64,000 nt of DNA from Rhodanobacteraceae bacterium (GCA_009996615.1 JAACZU010000013.1:27990-91989); one strand, 5' to 3'; positions 50,609-61,092 are shown, counted from the first letter of the stretch. Notes: generated by a model from the sequence alone, not told the origin. Numbers and translations: made by a program.

Positions 50609-51703
50609 ATGATGCTCAAGGAAACACTGGCTCATCTGAGGCACCTCGTCGCCTTCGACACGCGCAATCCGCCGCGCGCGATCGGCACCGGCGGCATCTT
50701 CGACTACCTGCGCGCGAACCTGCTGGGCTTCGAGGTCACCGTCACCGACCACGGCGCCGGCGCCGTCAGCCTGTATGCAGTGCGCGGCCAGCCGAAGCTG
50801 CTGTTCAACGTGCACTTGGACACCGTGCCCGATTCGCCGCACTGGAGCGCGAGTCCGTTCGAGCTGCGCGTGACCGAGGATCGGGCAATCGGCCTCGGCG
50901 CCTGCGACATCAAGGGCGCCGCGGCGGCGCTGCTCGCTGCCGCGCAGGCCAGCGACGGCGATGCCGCATTCCTGTTCACGACCGACGAGGAAGCGAACGA
51001 CCCGCGTTGCATCGCGGCGTTCCTGCGCGAGGCGCCCGCATTCGATGCCGTGCTGGTGGCCGAGCCGACCAAGGGCGAAGCCGTGCTCGCGCACCGCGGC
51101 ATCAGTTCGGTGCTGATGCGCTTCGCCGGCCGTGCCGGCCACGCCTCGGGCGAGCAGCAGCTCTCGGACAGCGCGCTGCACCAGGCGCTGCGCTGGGGTG
51201 CGTGTGCGCTCGACCAGGTCGAGTCGCTCGCGCATGCGCGCTTCGGCGGCCTGACCGGCCTGCGTTTCAACATCGGCCGCGTCGAAGGCGGCATCAAGGC
51301 CAACGTGATCGCGCCGGCGGCGGAGCTGCGCTTCGGCTTCCGCCCGCTGCCGTCGATGGACACCGACGAACTGCTGGCGACGTTCCGCGGCCTCGCCGAG
51401 GTCGCGCCGGCCGAGTTCACCGAAACCTTCCGCGGCCCGTCGCTGCCGGCCGGCGACATCGCCACCGCCGAGGCGCGCCGGCTCGCCGCGCGCGACGTCG
51501 CCGACGCGCTGGAGCTGCCGATCGGCAGCGCGGTCGATTTCTGGACCGAGGCCTCGCTGTTCTCGCAGGCCGGCTACACCGCACTCGTCTACGGCCCCGG
51601 CGACATCGCGCAGGCGCACAGCGCCGACGAGTGGGTCGCGCTCGAACAGTTGCAGCGCTACGCCGAAACCGTCCACCGCATCCTCACCCGACAGACTCCA
51701 TGA
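50609..51703 (+). CDS. argE: M20-family acetylornithine/acetylcitrulline deacetylase
   Basis: [18 protein letters not shown] and FTTDEE metal-binding pattern. Position within the arg cluster. Confidence 0.85.
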   Translation: MMLKETLAHLRHLVAFDTRNPPRAIGTGGIFDYLRANLLGFEVTVTDHGAGAVSLYAVRGQPKLLFNVHLDTVPDSPHWSASPFELRVTEDRAIGLGACDIKGAAAALLAAAQASDGDAAFLFTTDEEANDPRCIAAFLREAPAFDAVLVAEPTKGEAVLAHRGISSVLMRFAGRAGHASGEQQLSDSALHQALRWGACALDQVESLAHARFGGLTGLRFNIGRVEGGIKANVIAPAAELRFGFRPLPSMDTDELLATFRGLAEVAPAEFTETFRGPSLPAGDIATAEARRLAARDVADALELPIGSAVDFWTEASLFSQAGYTALVYGPGDIAQAHSADEWVALEQLQRYAETVHRILTRQTP

Positions 51704-53022
51704 ACGCCGAAACGCATCTGCAAATGCGCCAGACCATCCTGCGCCTGCTCTCGAGCATGGCCAGCGCGCGCGAGATCGACCAGTACCTCAAGCGTTTCTC
51801 GCAGCTCGATGCGAAGCGCTTCGCCGTGGTCAAGGTCGGCGGCGCGGTGCTGCGCGACGACCTCGACGCGCTGACCTCGTCGCTGGCATTCCTGCAGCAG
51901 GTCGGACTAACGCCGATCGTCGTGCACGGCGCCGGCCCCCAGCTCGACGAGGAACTGGCCGCGGCCGGCATCGCCAAACAGACCGTCAACGGCCTGCGCG
52001 TGACCTCGGCGGAAACGCTGGCGATCGTGCGGCGCGTGTTCCAGACGCAGAACCTGAACCTGGTCGAGGCGCTGCAGGAAGTCGACGCGCGCGCGACCTC
52101 GGTGCTGTCGGGCGTGTTCGAGGCCGAGTTCATCGACCAGGACGCGCTCGGCCTGGTCGGCCGCGTCGCGCGCGTGAACCTCGCGCCGATCGAGGCGTCG
52201 CTGCGCGCCGGCTCCATTCCGGTGATCGCCTCGCTCGGCGAAACCGCGGGCGGGCAGATCGTCAATATCAACGCCGACTTCGCCGCGAACGAGCTCGTGC
52301 GCGTGCTCAAGCCCTACAAGATCATCTTCCTGACCGGCACCGGCGGCCTGCTCGACGAGAACGGCCGCATCATCGACTCGATCAACCTCAGCACCGAGTA
52401 CGCGCACCTGATCGCGCAGCCGTGGATCAACGGCGGCATGCGCGTGAAGATCGAGCAGATCAAGGAATTGCTCGACCACTTGCCGCTGTCGTCGTCGGTG
52501 TCGATCACCAGGCCGGACGAACTGGCCAAGGAACTGTTCACGCACAAGGGCTCGGGCACGCTGGTACGGCGCGGCGAGCGCGTCGACGTGCATGCGTCGT
52601 GGGACGCGCTCGACCTCGAGCGCCTGCGCGCGCTGATCGAAGCCGGCTTCGGCCGCAAGTTGGTGCCCGCCTATTTCGAGCAGACCCGGCTGTTCAAGGC
52701 CTACGTCAGCGAGAACTACCGCGCCGCGCTGATCCTGACCCAAGAGGATGGCTTCGCCTACCTCGACAAGTTCGCGGTCGCCGAGGACGCGCAGGGCGAG
52801 GGCCTCGGCCGCGCCGCGTGGCAGGTCATGCGCGCGGACAATCCGCAGCTGTTCTGGCGCTCGCGCCGGCGCAACGTGATCAATGCGTTCTACGACGCCG
52901 AATGCGACGGCAGCATCAAGGAGCCGACCTGGAAGGTGTACTGGTACGGCATCGACGACTTCAAGGACATCGAGCGCTGCGTCGTGCATTGCCGCACGCG
53001 CCTGCCGACGTTGACGGACTGA
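51700..53022 (+). CDS. argAB: Bifunctional N-acetylglutamate synthase/kinase (ArgA/B type)
   Basis: ATGA overlap with argE. N-terminal amino-acid-kinase domain ([17 protein letters not shown]) plus a C-terminal GNAT-like domain ([19 protein letters not shown]). Confidence 0.88.
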   Translation: MNAETHLQMRQTILRLLSSMASAREIDQYLKRFSQLDAKRFAVVKVGGAVLRDDLDALTSSLAFLQQVGLTPIVVHGAGPQLDEELAAAGIAKQTVNGLRVTSAETLAIVRRVFQTQNLNLVEALQEVDARATSVLSGVFEAEFIDQDALGLVGRVARVNLAPIEASLRAGSIPVIASLGETAGGQIVNINADFAANELVRVLKPYKIIFLTGTGGLLDENGRIIDSINLSTEYAHLIAQPWINGGMRVKIEQIKELLDHLPLSSSVSITRPDELAKELFTHKGSGTLVRRGERVDVHASWDALDLERLRALIEAGFGRKLVPAYFEQTRLFKAYVSENYRAALILTQEDGFAYLDKFAVAEDAQGEGLGRAAWQVMRADNPQLFWRSRRRNVINAFYDAECDGSIKEPTWKVYWYGIDDFKDIERCVVHCRTRLPTLTD

Positions 53023-53026
53023 AACG

Positions 53027-53974
53027 ATGAAGGAAACGAAGACTCTCGGCATCGTTGGCGCGCGCGGCCACACCGGCGCGGAGCTGATTCGCCTCGTCGC
53101 GCGGCATCCGCGGCTCGAACTCGCGTTCGTGTCCTCGCGCGAGCTGGACGGCCAGCGCGTGCACGACCACGTGCCCGACTACGACGGCGTACTGCGCTAC
53201 GAGAACCTCGCGCCCGAGGCGGTCGCGGCGAAGCGGGCCGATGCGGTCGTGCTGGCGCTGCCGAATGGCAAGGCGGCCGAGTTCGTCGCCGCGATCGACG
53301 CGCTCAAGGCCGATCCGGTCATCGTCGACCTGTCCGCCGACTACCGCTTCGACGAGGCTTGGTACTACGGCCTGCCGGAGCTGACGCGCACGCGCTACGC
53401 GGGGCAGAAGCGCATCAGCAATCCGGGCTGCTACGCGACCGCGATGCAGCTCGCGATCGCGCCGCTGAAGGACCGCCTCGCCGCGCCGCCGGCCTGCTTC
53501 GGCGTGTCCGGCTACTCCGGCGCCGGCACCACGCCGTCGGACAGGAACGATCCGGACAAGCTGCGCGACAACCTGATGCCGTACGCGCTGGTCGACCACC
53601 TGCACGAGCGCGAGGTCACGCGCCAGCTCGGCCTGCCGGTCGAGTTCATGCCGCACGTCGCGCCGCATTTCCGCGGCATCACGATGACGGTGAACCTGTG
53701 GCTCACGCAGGCGGCCAAGCGCGACGACATCCTCGCGCGCTACCGCGAGTTCTACGCCAACGAGCCCCTCGTGCGCATCGTCGACGAGGCACCTTGGGTC
53801 AGCGCGATTGCCGGAAAGCATCATGCGGAAATCGGCGGCTTCGCGGTCGCGCCGGGCGGCAAGCGCGTCGTCGTCGTCGCGACGCTCGACAACCTGCTCA
53901 AGGGCGCCGCGACGCAGGCGATGCAGAACCTCAACCTCGCGTTCGGCTTCGACGAACTGAGCGCGATCCAGTAG
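53027..53974 (+). CDS. argC: N-acetyl-gamma-glutamyl-phosphate reductase
   Basis: [13 protein letters not shown]. Catalytic Cys in [10 protein letters not shown]. Confidence 0.93.
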   Translation: MKETKTLGIVGARGHTGAELIRLVARHPRLELAFVSSRELDGQRVHDHVPDYDGVLRYENLAPEAVAAKRADAVVLALPNGKAAEFVAAIDALKADPVIVDLSADYRFDEAWYYGLPELTRTRYAGQKRISNPGCYATAMQLAIAPLKDRLAAPPACFGVSGYSGAGTTPSDRNDPDKLRDNLMPYALVDHLHEREVTRQLGLPVEFMPHVAPHFRGITMTVNLWLTQAAKRDDILARYREFYANEPLVRIVDEAPWVSAIAGKHHAEIGGFAVAPGGKRVVVVATLDNLLKGAATQAMQNLNLAFGFDELSAIQ

Positions 53975-54012
53975 CCCGCCAGCTTCGGTGAGCTGGCAGC
54001 AGTAGCTCGTCG

Positions 54013-54216
54013 CCCCGGCGAAGGCCGGGGCCCAGTGCCTCTCCAGATCGCTGAAGACGCTGGGTCCCGGCCTTCGCCGGGACGACGAGAATGTAGGCTT
54101 TCGCAAATCCGCATTCCCCAATCCCCAACCCGAACCCTGCTTTTTCGCCCCAAGCGCGAAACGGAGCACCGATGAACGGCTCTTCCGAATCCCCAATCCC
54201 GAATCCCGAATCCCGG
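54013..54216. repeat. Partial composite element: two internal hairpins plus two C-rich arms, no G-rich arm
   Basis: Hairpins CCCCGGCGAAGGCCGGGG (54013-54030) and TCCCGGCCTTCGCCGGGA (54065-54082). C-rich arms at 54105-54137 and 54185-54216. Confidence 0.8.
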
Positions 54217-55497
54217 CTCCTATGGCAAAAAGAAGGCACCCGCACCGACGAGCGCATCATGCGTTTCCTCGCCGGTGACGACGTGATCCTCGACCGCGAG
54301 TTCTTCCTGCACGACATCGAGGCGAGCCAGGCGCACGTCGGCGGGCTCGCCAACATCGGCATCATCAGCGACGACGAGCGCGCCACGATCGTGCGCGAGC
54401 TCGAGGTGCTCGCCGACGACTTCCGCGCCGGCCGCTTCGTGCTCGACGAGCGCTACGAGGACGGCCATTCGGCGATCGAGGCGCGCCTGACCGAGCGCCT
54501 GGGCGATGCCGGCCGCAAGGTGCACACCGGGCGCAGCCGCAACGACCAGATCCTGGTCGCCACGCGCCTGTGGCTGAAGGCCAAGCTGGCCGAGCTGTTC
54601 GAGGCCTGCCGCGCCGCGGCGCAGGTCTGCCTCGAGCGCGCTGCCGGCGAGGCGCTGCCGCTGCCGGGCTACACGCACCTGCAGCGCGCGGTGGTGTCGT
54701 CGACCGCGCTGTGGTTCGCCGGCTTCGCCGAAGCGTTCATCGACGACGCCCGTCGCGCGCGCGACACGCTGGCCTGGCTCGACGCGAACCCGCTCGGTAC
54801 CGCGGCCGGCTATGGCGTGAACCTGCCGCTCGACCGCGCGCACACGACGCAGGCGCTCGGCTTCGCGCGCATGCAGGTCAACCCGGTCTACGCGCAGCTC
54901 TCGCGTGGCAAGTTCGAGATCGGCGCGCTCGACGCGCTCGGCAGTGCGCTGCTCGACCTGCGCCGGCTGGCCTGGGACCTGTCGCTGTTCACGACCGCCG
55001 AATACGGCTTCGTGCAGCTGCCGGCCGAGTACACGACCGGCAGTTCGATCATGCCGAACAAGCGCAATCCCGACGTGGTCGAGCTGATGCGCGCGAGCTA
55101 TGCCAGCGTCGCCGCGGCGCGCACCGAGATCGAGCAGCTGCTGTCGCTGCCGTCCGGCTACCAGCGCGACCTGCAGTTCTCCAAGGGCGCGATCTTCCAC
55201 GGCTTCCATCGTGGTCTCGACGCGCTCGCGTTGCTGCCGGACCTGCTCGCGCGGATGCAGTGGAACGCACCGGCAATGCGCGCGGCGATCGAGCCGTCGA
55301 TGTACGCGACCGACGTCGCGATCGAGCAGGCCGCCGCCGGCGTGCCGTTCCGCGAGGCATACCGCCAGGCGGCCGAAGCCGCGGCGACGGCCGGGCAGGG
55401 GCGCACGCCGGAAACGAGCCTGGCCGCGCGCGTGTCACCCGGTGCGACGGCCGACCTTTGCCTCGACGAGCTGCGCGCGCGGCTGGCCGCCTTGTAG
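54172..55497 (+). CDS. argH: Argininosuccinate lyase
   Basis: TGRSRNDQ and the [12 protein letters not shown] signature. N-terminal [11 protein letters not shown] is encoded by a repeat arm. Confidence 0.93.
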   Translation: MNGSSESPIPNPESRLLWQKEGTRTDERIMRFLAGDDVILDREFFLHDIEASQAHVGGLANIGIISDDERATIVRELEVLADDFRAGRFVLDERYEDGHSAIEARLTERLGDAGRKVHTGRSRNDQILVATRLWLKAKLAELFEACRAAAQVCLERAAGEALPLPGYTHLQRAVVSSTALWFAGFAEAFIDDARRARDTLAWLDANPLGTAAGYGVNLPLDRAHTTQALGFARMQVNPVYAQLSRGKFEIGALDALGSALLDLRRLAWDLSLFTTAEYGFVQLPAEYTTGSSIMPNKRNPDVVELMRASYASVAAARTEIEQLLSLPSGYQRDLQFSKGAIFHGFHRGLDALALLPDLLARMQWNAPAMRAAIEPSMYATDVAIEQAAAGVPFREAYRQAAEAAATAGQGRTPETSLAARVSPGATADLCLDELRARLAAL

Positions 55498-55555
55498 GCC
55501 ACGCGCCAATGGTGGGACTCGCGCCTTCGGCGCTGCGGCCCACCCTACGGGTGCG

Positions 55556-56884
55556 TCATCGCGTCAGCCATCCCTGCGCGCGCGCCGTGCACAGCGCATA
55601 CGGGAAGATCCAGAACAGCGCGAACGCCGAGAAGAACGCGTAGCCGATGCCGTAGACGAAGTCCCAGCTGCGTTCGCTGCGCAGGTAGTAGAGCATGTTG
55701 AATGCCGACACCAGCAGCAGCGCGCAGCAGAAGCGCAGCAGCACCTCCGGGTGCACCGGCAGCATCGCCACCAGCAGCGCCAGCGTGGCCCAGCCGATCG
55801 GGTAGCGCAGGTTCGTGATCGCGACGTCGGCGAGCGTGATCGCGCGCGCGAACGGCGGCCGCTTCCACACGATGCGGCCGACGTAGCGCAGCTCCTCGCG
55901 CACGTAGCTGCGGTCCCAGCGCAGGAACATCTTGCACAGGCGCGCGTAGGTCGTCGGCACCAGCGTGTGCACGACCGCCGCGCGCTGGTAGATGCAGTCG
56001 TAGCCCTGGCCGAGGATGTCGTTGGTCAGCGCGCGGTCTTCGCCGTAGGTGCAGGCGCGGCCGAGGAAGCGCTGCCCGAGCCACGCGTCGAGCACGCGGC
56101 GCACGGCATGCGTGCGGTAGGCGGCGAGCGCGCCGGGGCAGCAGTAGACCGTGCCGTAGGTGCTCTGCACCGCGCGCAGGAAGTCGAACGACAGCGCGAA
56201 GCGCACCTTCAGCATGCGCGGGATCAGCCCGCTTTCGCGGTTGAACACGCCGACCTTGCCGGCGACTGCGCCAACGCGCGGGTCGCGGAACGGCCCGGCC
56301 ATCGCCAGCAGCGTCTGCGGCTCGATCACGCTGTCCGAATCGATCGTGACCATGACCTCGCCGCGCCCGCGCTCGAAGCCGGCCGCGAGTGCCGCGCGCT
56401 TGCCGCGGTTGCGCTCGAAGCGCAGCGGCGTGACGAGGTCGGGAAAGCGCGCGGCTGCACGCTGGATGTGCTCCCAGGTGTCGTCGCGGCTGCCGTCGTC
56501 GACGACGACGATCTCCAGCCGGTCGTGCGGGTAGTGCGCGTGCGCGACCGACTCGATCGAGCGCGCGACCATCGCGCCCTCGTTGTAGGCCGGGATGATC
56601 ACGGTCATCGCCGGCGCGTCGTCGAACGCGGCCAGCGGCGGCGTGCGGTAGCGAAACCACAGCAGCGTGCGGAACAGCAGCAGCGCCAGTCCCAGGCCGC
56701 TCCACAGCAGCGCCGGGCCGACCAGGAAGCGGCCCCATTCGTGGTGGCGCGCCGCGCCGACCACGCCATGGAACACGTGGAAGCGCCAGCTGGCGTACAG
56801 CAGCAGCGCGAAACCGAACAGGATCAGCGCGCGGTAGAACGCATCGTCCGCGCGTTCGCGATAGTCGTGCAGCGGCGTCATCAT
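55556..56884 (-). CDS. Membrane-embedded family-2 glycosyltransferase, HAS/NodC/chitin-synthase-like
   Basis: Start at MMTPLHDY. VIIPAYNEG, VVDDGSRDDT, TIDSDS, FLGRACTYGEDRALTN and FLRWDRSYVRE (QxxRW-like) motifs. Hydrophobic segments at both ends. Confidence 0.85.
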   Translation of the reverse strand: MMTPLHDYRERADDAFYRALILFGFALLLYASWRFHVFHGVVGAARHHEWGRFLVGPALLWSGLGLALLLFRTLLWFRYRTPPLAAFDDAPAMTVIIPAYNEGAMVARSIESVAHAHYPHDRLEIVVVDDGSRDDTWEHIQRAAARFPDLVTPLRFERNRGKRAALAAGFERGRGEVMVTIDSDSVIEPQTLLAMAGPFRDPRVGAVAGKVGVFNRESGLIPRMLKVRFALSFDFLRAVQSTYGTVYCCPGALAAYRTHAVRRVLDAWLGQRFLGRACTYGEDRALTNDILGQGYDCIYQRAAVVHTLVPTTYARLCKMFLRWDRSYVREELRYVGRIVWKRPPFARAITLADVAITNLRYPIGWATLALLVAMLPVHPEVLLRFCCALLLVSAFNMLYYLRSERSWDFVYGIGYAFFSAFALFWIFPYALCTARAQGWLTR

Positions 56885-57023
56885 GGCAGGGCGGGGCAGC
56901 GAAGGCGCGATCTTTGCGGCGCCTGGAAGAACCGGGTCTGAACGACGGTTCACGTGCCGGTAAGCCGCCGGCAAGGCGCCTGCGGCATCGTGGCGGCCCA
57001 GGGACACGGAGCGCGGGAGGCGG

Positions 57024-58688
57024 ATGGAAGCGGGACTGCAGATGGCGTATCCGCGCCGCTGGCTGGTGGCGCTCGCGCTGACCGCGGCGGCGATCCTGCT
57101 GCTCGCCCTGCGCGTGAAGACCGCGTTGACGCTCGCGATGAACTCGGACGAGCCGCAGCACCTGCACGTCGTGTGGGCGTGGACGCAGGGGCTGCTGCCG
57201 TACCGCGACGTGTTCGACAACCACGCGCCGTTGTTCGGCTGGTTGTGCGCGCCGCTGCTCGCGTGGCTTGGCGAGCGCGCCGACATCGTTGCGCTGATGC
57301 GCCTGGCGATGATCCCGCTGTATTTCGCCGCGCTGGCGCTGACCTGGTGGATCGGCCGCCTGATATGGTCGTCGCGGACAGGGCTGGCCGCGGTCGCGCT
57401 GCTCGCGCTGGCGCCGCCGTTCTTCGGCGTGACGGCGCAGTTCCGGCCCGACGACCTGTGGATGCTGCTCTGGCTCGGTGCGGTGGCGGCCGTGCTGACG
57501 CGGCCGTTCGGCGTGCGCCAGGCGTTCGTCGCTGGCCTGCTGCTCGGCGCCGCGTTCGCGGTATCGCTCAAGACGCTGCTGCTGTTGCTCACCGCGGTGC
57601 TGGCGGCGACGACGCTGTGGGCGATCCGCCGGCTGGCCGGTGCGCGCCGCATGCCGGTGCGACCGGCGGCGCTGCTGGCGGCGCTTGCCGGCGCGCTGCT
57701 GGTGCCGGGCGCGTTCGCCGCGTACCTGTTCGCCGAAGGCGCCGCGCGTGACGCGCTCTACTGCCTGTTCACGCACAACGTCGTGCCGGGGCTGGGCCAC
57801 TGGGGCACGGCCAGCGGCTGGCACCGGCTGGTGTTTCCGCTGGGCTACGCGGGCGCGACCCTGCTGGCCTGGCGCGCCCGCCACGCCGGCGAGCCGGATG
57901 TCGCGTGGCGGCGCCGCTGGCTGCTGCTGTCGCTGTGCGCCTACCTGTTCGCGCTGTACTCGTACTGGCCGCTGTTCACGCGCCAGGACGTGCTGCCGGT
58001 GTTGCCGCTGCTGGCGCTGGCGCTGGCCGCCTGGCTGACCCGGGTGCCGGCGCCGCCGCGCGCGCTCCGCTACGCGGTCGTGGCATTCCTCGCCGGCCTC
58101 GTCACGGTGCACCAGGCGCAACTGGCGTGGATGGGGGATGCCTTGCGCGTGCCGGCGCAGCGCCTGGCGACCGTGCTGGCGCTGACGCGCCCGGGCGAGC
58201 CGGTGATGGATGCGAAGGGCGAGGCGATCTTCCGGTCGCGCCCGCTGTACTGGGTGCTGGAGGGCGTCACGCAGCGGCGCATGGCGATCGGCCTGATCCC
58301 CGACGACATCGCCGAGCGGCTGGCCGCGACGGCGACGCCGCTGGTCATCGGCGACCGCCTGCCGCCGCGCGACGCGGCCTTCGTCGCCGCGAACTACCTG
58401 CCGATCGGGCAGAAGCTGTGGCTGCTCGGACAGCGCCTGGGCACGCTGCGCGCCGGCGAGCGCGTGCGCTTCGAGATCGCCGTGCCGGCGACCTACAGCG
58501 CGGTGACGGCGCGTGGGTCGGCGGCCGGCACGCTCGACGACGGCGCCGCCGCCACCGCGCGCGCGCTCGATGCCGGTTCGCACAGTTTCACGGCCGCCGC
58601 CGACGGCGCAGTTGCGCTAGTCTGGACGCCGGCCCTTGCGCGCGGCCTGCACACCGAACTCCTGTTTGCCGGAACCGACCCGCGATGA
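57024..58688 (+). CDS. Polytopic GT-C-type glycosyltransferase (ArnT/PMT_2-like)
   Basis: At least 10 hydrophobic segments. Acidic loop motif NSDEPQH after TM1. About 180-aa C-terminal soluble region. The start could be 57024 or 57042. Confidence 0.65.
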   Translation: MEAGLQMAYPRRWLVALALTAAAILLLALRVKTALTLAMNSDEPQHLHVVWAWTQGLLPYRDVFDNHAPLFGWLCAPLLAWLGERADIVALMRLAMIPLYFAALALTWWIGRLIWSSRTGLAAVALLALAPPFFGVTAQFRPDDLWMLLWLGAVAAVLTRPFGVRQAFVAGLLLGAAFAVSLKTLLLLLTAVLAATTLWAIRRLAGARRMPVRPAALLAALAGALLVPGAFAAYLFAEGAARDALYCLFTHNVVPGLGHWGTASGWHRLVFPLGYAGATLLAWRARHAGEPDVAWRRRWLLLSLCAYLFALYSYWPLFTRQDVLPVLPLLALALAAWLTRVPAPPRALRYAVVAFLAGLVTVHQAQLAWMGDALRVPAQRLATVLALTRPGEPVMDAKGEAIFRSRPLYWVLEGVTQRRMAIGLIPDDIAERLAATATPLVIGDRLPPRDAAFVAANYLPIGQKLWLLGQRLGTLRAGERVRFEIAVPATYSAVTARGSAAGTLDDGAAATARALDAGSHSFTAAADGAVALVWTPALARGLHTELLFAGTDPR

Positions 58689-59737
58689 GCGCAATGCAAT
58701 TGTCCAGCAGCGATCGCGTGCTGATCTTTTCGCCGCATCCGGACGACGAGACGCTCGCCGCCGGCGAGGCGGTCCAACTAGCGCTCGCGGCCGGCGCCGC
58801 GGTGCGCGTCGTGTTCGCGACCGACGGCGACAACAATCCGTGGCCGCAGCGCTGGCTCGAGCGGCGCTGGCACATCGATGCGGCCGCGCGCGCGCGCTGG
58901 GGCGCACGCCGGCGGCGCGAGGCGCTGGCCGCACTGGCCGTGCTCGGCGTCACCGATGCATCGACGGTCGCCTTCCTTGGCTGGCCCGACCAGGGCCTGA
59001 CCGCTTGCCTGATGCGCGACGACGCGGCGGTCGCGGCGCTCGCGCGCGAGATCGCCGCGTTCGCGCCGAGCCACGTGCTGATGCCGGCGCTCGGCGACCT
59101 GCATCCGGACCACAGTGCGCTGCGCGTGATGCTCGACCTCGCGCTGGCGCGCTGTGGCAGCGCCGCCGTGCGCCTCGGCTACGTCGTGCACGGCGCGGCC
59201 GTCGCGGCGCGCGCGTGCATGGTCGCGCCCGACGCCGTGCGGCGCGCGCACAAGCGGCGCGCGCTGTTCGAGCACGCCAGCCAGATCGCGTTGAGCCGGC
59301 GTCGCCTGCTCGAGCTGGCCGGTCGCACCGAACGGTTCGAGGCCGCCGCCGCGCCGGCGCCGGTGCGGCTCGACGTGGCGACGGTCGTGCGCATCGCGCA
59401 GCGCGCCGGCGCACCGCTGCGCCGCCGCCGCGAGCTGTTGCTGGTGCTGGCGACGCGCGCGCGCACGCAGCGCCTGCGCCTCGCGCTGCCGCGCTGGCCG
59501 CACGGCCGCACCGTGCTGGCCAGCGGCGAGGGAGCGGCCGAGGTCGCGATCGAATGGGCCGGCGATGCGTGGCTGCTGCAATTGCCGCCGCTGCCGTCGC
59601 CGCTGGTCGGGCTGTACGCGAAACTCGACCGCGCCTGGCCGCGCCTGGTCGTCTTCGACGACGAGCCTTGGCACGACCTCGGCGACCTGCTGCCGGGCGC
59701 CCATCCGGCGCTCGCGCCGCATCCGGCCACGGCGTGA
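58685..59737 (+). CDS. PIG-L/LmbE family N-acetylglucosaminyl deacetylase with C-terminal extension
   Basis: ATGA overlap with the upstream gene. Motifs SPHPDDETLAAG and LHPDH. No signal peptide. Confidence 0.8.
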   Translation: MSAMQLSSSDRVLIFSPHPDDETLAAGEAVQLALAAGAAVRVVFATDGDNNPWPQRWLERRWHIDAAARARWGARRRREALAALAVLGVTDASTVAFLGWPDQGLTACLMRDDAAVAALAREIAAFAPSHVLMPALGDLHPDHSALRVMLDLALARCGSAAVRLGYVVHGAAVAARACMVAPDAVRRAHKRRALFEHASQIALSRRRLLELAGRTERFEAAAAPAPVRLDVATVVRIAQRAGAPLRRRRELLLVLATRARTQRLRLALPRWPHGRTVLASGEGAAEVAIEWAGDAWLLQLPPLPSPLVGLYAKLDRAWPRLVVFDDEPWHDLGDLLPGAHPALAPHPATA

Positions 59738-59741
59738 GCGG

Positions 59742-60626
59742 ATGAGCGAGGCGCGATCCGGCGACGCGGGCGCGGCGATGATCGAAAGCCTGCGCGTGAC
59801 CGCCGCCGACGGCGCCGGCGCCGACCTGCAGTGCGTGTATCCGGACGGCCCGGTGCATGACGTCGTGCTGTGGCTGCCGGCGCTCGGCGTCAGCGCACGC
59901 AAGTACCTGCCACTGGCGACGGCGCTGGCCGGGCGCGGCATTGCCGTCGCGCTGCACGAATGGCGTGGCCTTGGTTCGAGCGATCGCCGCGCCGGCTTCC
60001 GCTGCGACTGGGGCTATCGCGAACTGCTGCTGCAGGACCTGCCGGCCAGCCTCGCGGCCGTGCGCGCGGCGTGTCCACAGGCACGCATCTGGTTCGGCGG
60101 ACACAGCCTCGGCGGCCAGCTGGCAATGCTGTTCGCCGCGCTGCAGGCGGCGCCGCCGGCCGGCCTGCTGCTGGTCGGCAGCGGCGCGCCTTACTGGCGC
60201 GTGTTTTCGCGCCGCTGGCTGATCGGCGCCGCGCTCGTGCTGGTGCCGGCGATCGCGCGGCTGTGCGGCCACCTCCCCGGGCGCCGGTTGGGCTTCGGCG
60301 GCCGCGAGGCGCGCAGCGTGATGGCGGACTGGGCGCGCAGCGGCCGCAGCGGGCGCTACGCGGCGGCCGGGCTGGCAGTCGACCTGGAGGCGGCCTGCGC
60401 GCGCCTGCGCCTGCCGGTGCTCGCGCTGCGGCTGCGCGACGACTGGCTCGGGCCGGCCGCCGCGCTGGCGTGGCTGCTCGGCAAGATGCCGCAGGCTGCG
60501 GCGGACGTGCGCGTGCTGGGGCCGGACGTGCTCGGCACGGCGGCCGACCACTTCGGCTGGATGCAGGCGCCGCACGCCGTGGCCGCCGCGCTGGCCGCCG
60601 GCATCGACGCAAAAACGGCGAAATAA
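59742..60626 (+). CDS. Alpha/beta hydrolase
   Basis: 4-nt gap after the deacetylase gene. Nucleophile elbow GHSLGG. Confidence 0.75.
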   Translation: MSEARSGDAGAAMIESLRVTAADGAGADLQCVYPDGPVHDVVLWLPALGVSARKYLPLATALAGRGIAVALHEWRGLGSSDRRAGFRCDWGYRELLLQDLPASLAAVRAACPQARIWFGGHSLGGQLAMLFAALQAAPPAGLLLVGSGAPYWRVFSRRWLIGAALVLVPAIARLCGHLPGRRLGFGGREARSVMADWARSGRSGRYAAAGLAVDLEAACARLRLPVLALRLRDDWLGPAAALAWLLGKMPQAAADVRVLGPDVLGTAADHFGWMQAPHAVAAALAAGIDAKTAK

Positions 60627-60722
60627 CAGAATCTTACAAGGGGGCTGTCATACTCGCGGGCTACCGCGCGCTGGTGCCGCCCGCACCGCATGCGCGGCCG
60701 TCTGAGGAGGACACAGCAACCC

Positions 60723-61073
60723 ATGACTTACGATATCGGAATTGGACGCTGCACGGAGGTCGATGGCGACACCGTGGTCGTCAAGCTCGAAAGCGTGATG
60801 GTGCAGCGCCTGTCGCCCGACCAGCCGTGGCGGCGCTCGGGAACGAGCGTGCTGCGCCTGAACCGCAAACTGTGCAGTCCCCGGCGTCCGCCCGAGCCCG
60901 ACCGCGAGCTTTACCTCGATCGTGCGGCGCTGAGCAAGCGCTCGATCGGCGCGCTCGACCTTGGCGGCGGCGGCGAGACGATCTCGGTGGACCTGCGCGC
61001 GCTGCTCGACGGCCTCGATCCGCAGCCGTCGGCCGGGCCGCAGCCCAAGGGGCGCGGCGGCGCGAAACGCTGA
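60723..61073 (+). CDS. Hypothetical protein (116 aa)
   Basis: GAGGAGG SD 12 nt upstream of ATG 60723. GC-rich third positions. No family recognised. Confidence 0.5.
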   Translation: MTYDIGIGRCTEVDGDTVVVKLESVMVQRLSPDQPWRRSGTSVLRLNRKLCSPRRPPEPDRELYLDRAALSKRSIGALDLGGGGETISVDLRALLDGLDPQPSAGPQPKGRGGAKR

Positions 61074-61092
61074 CCGCCATGCGGACCGCAGG

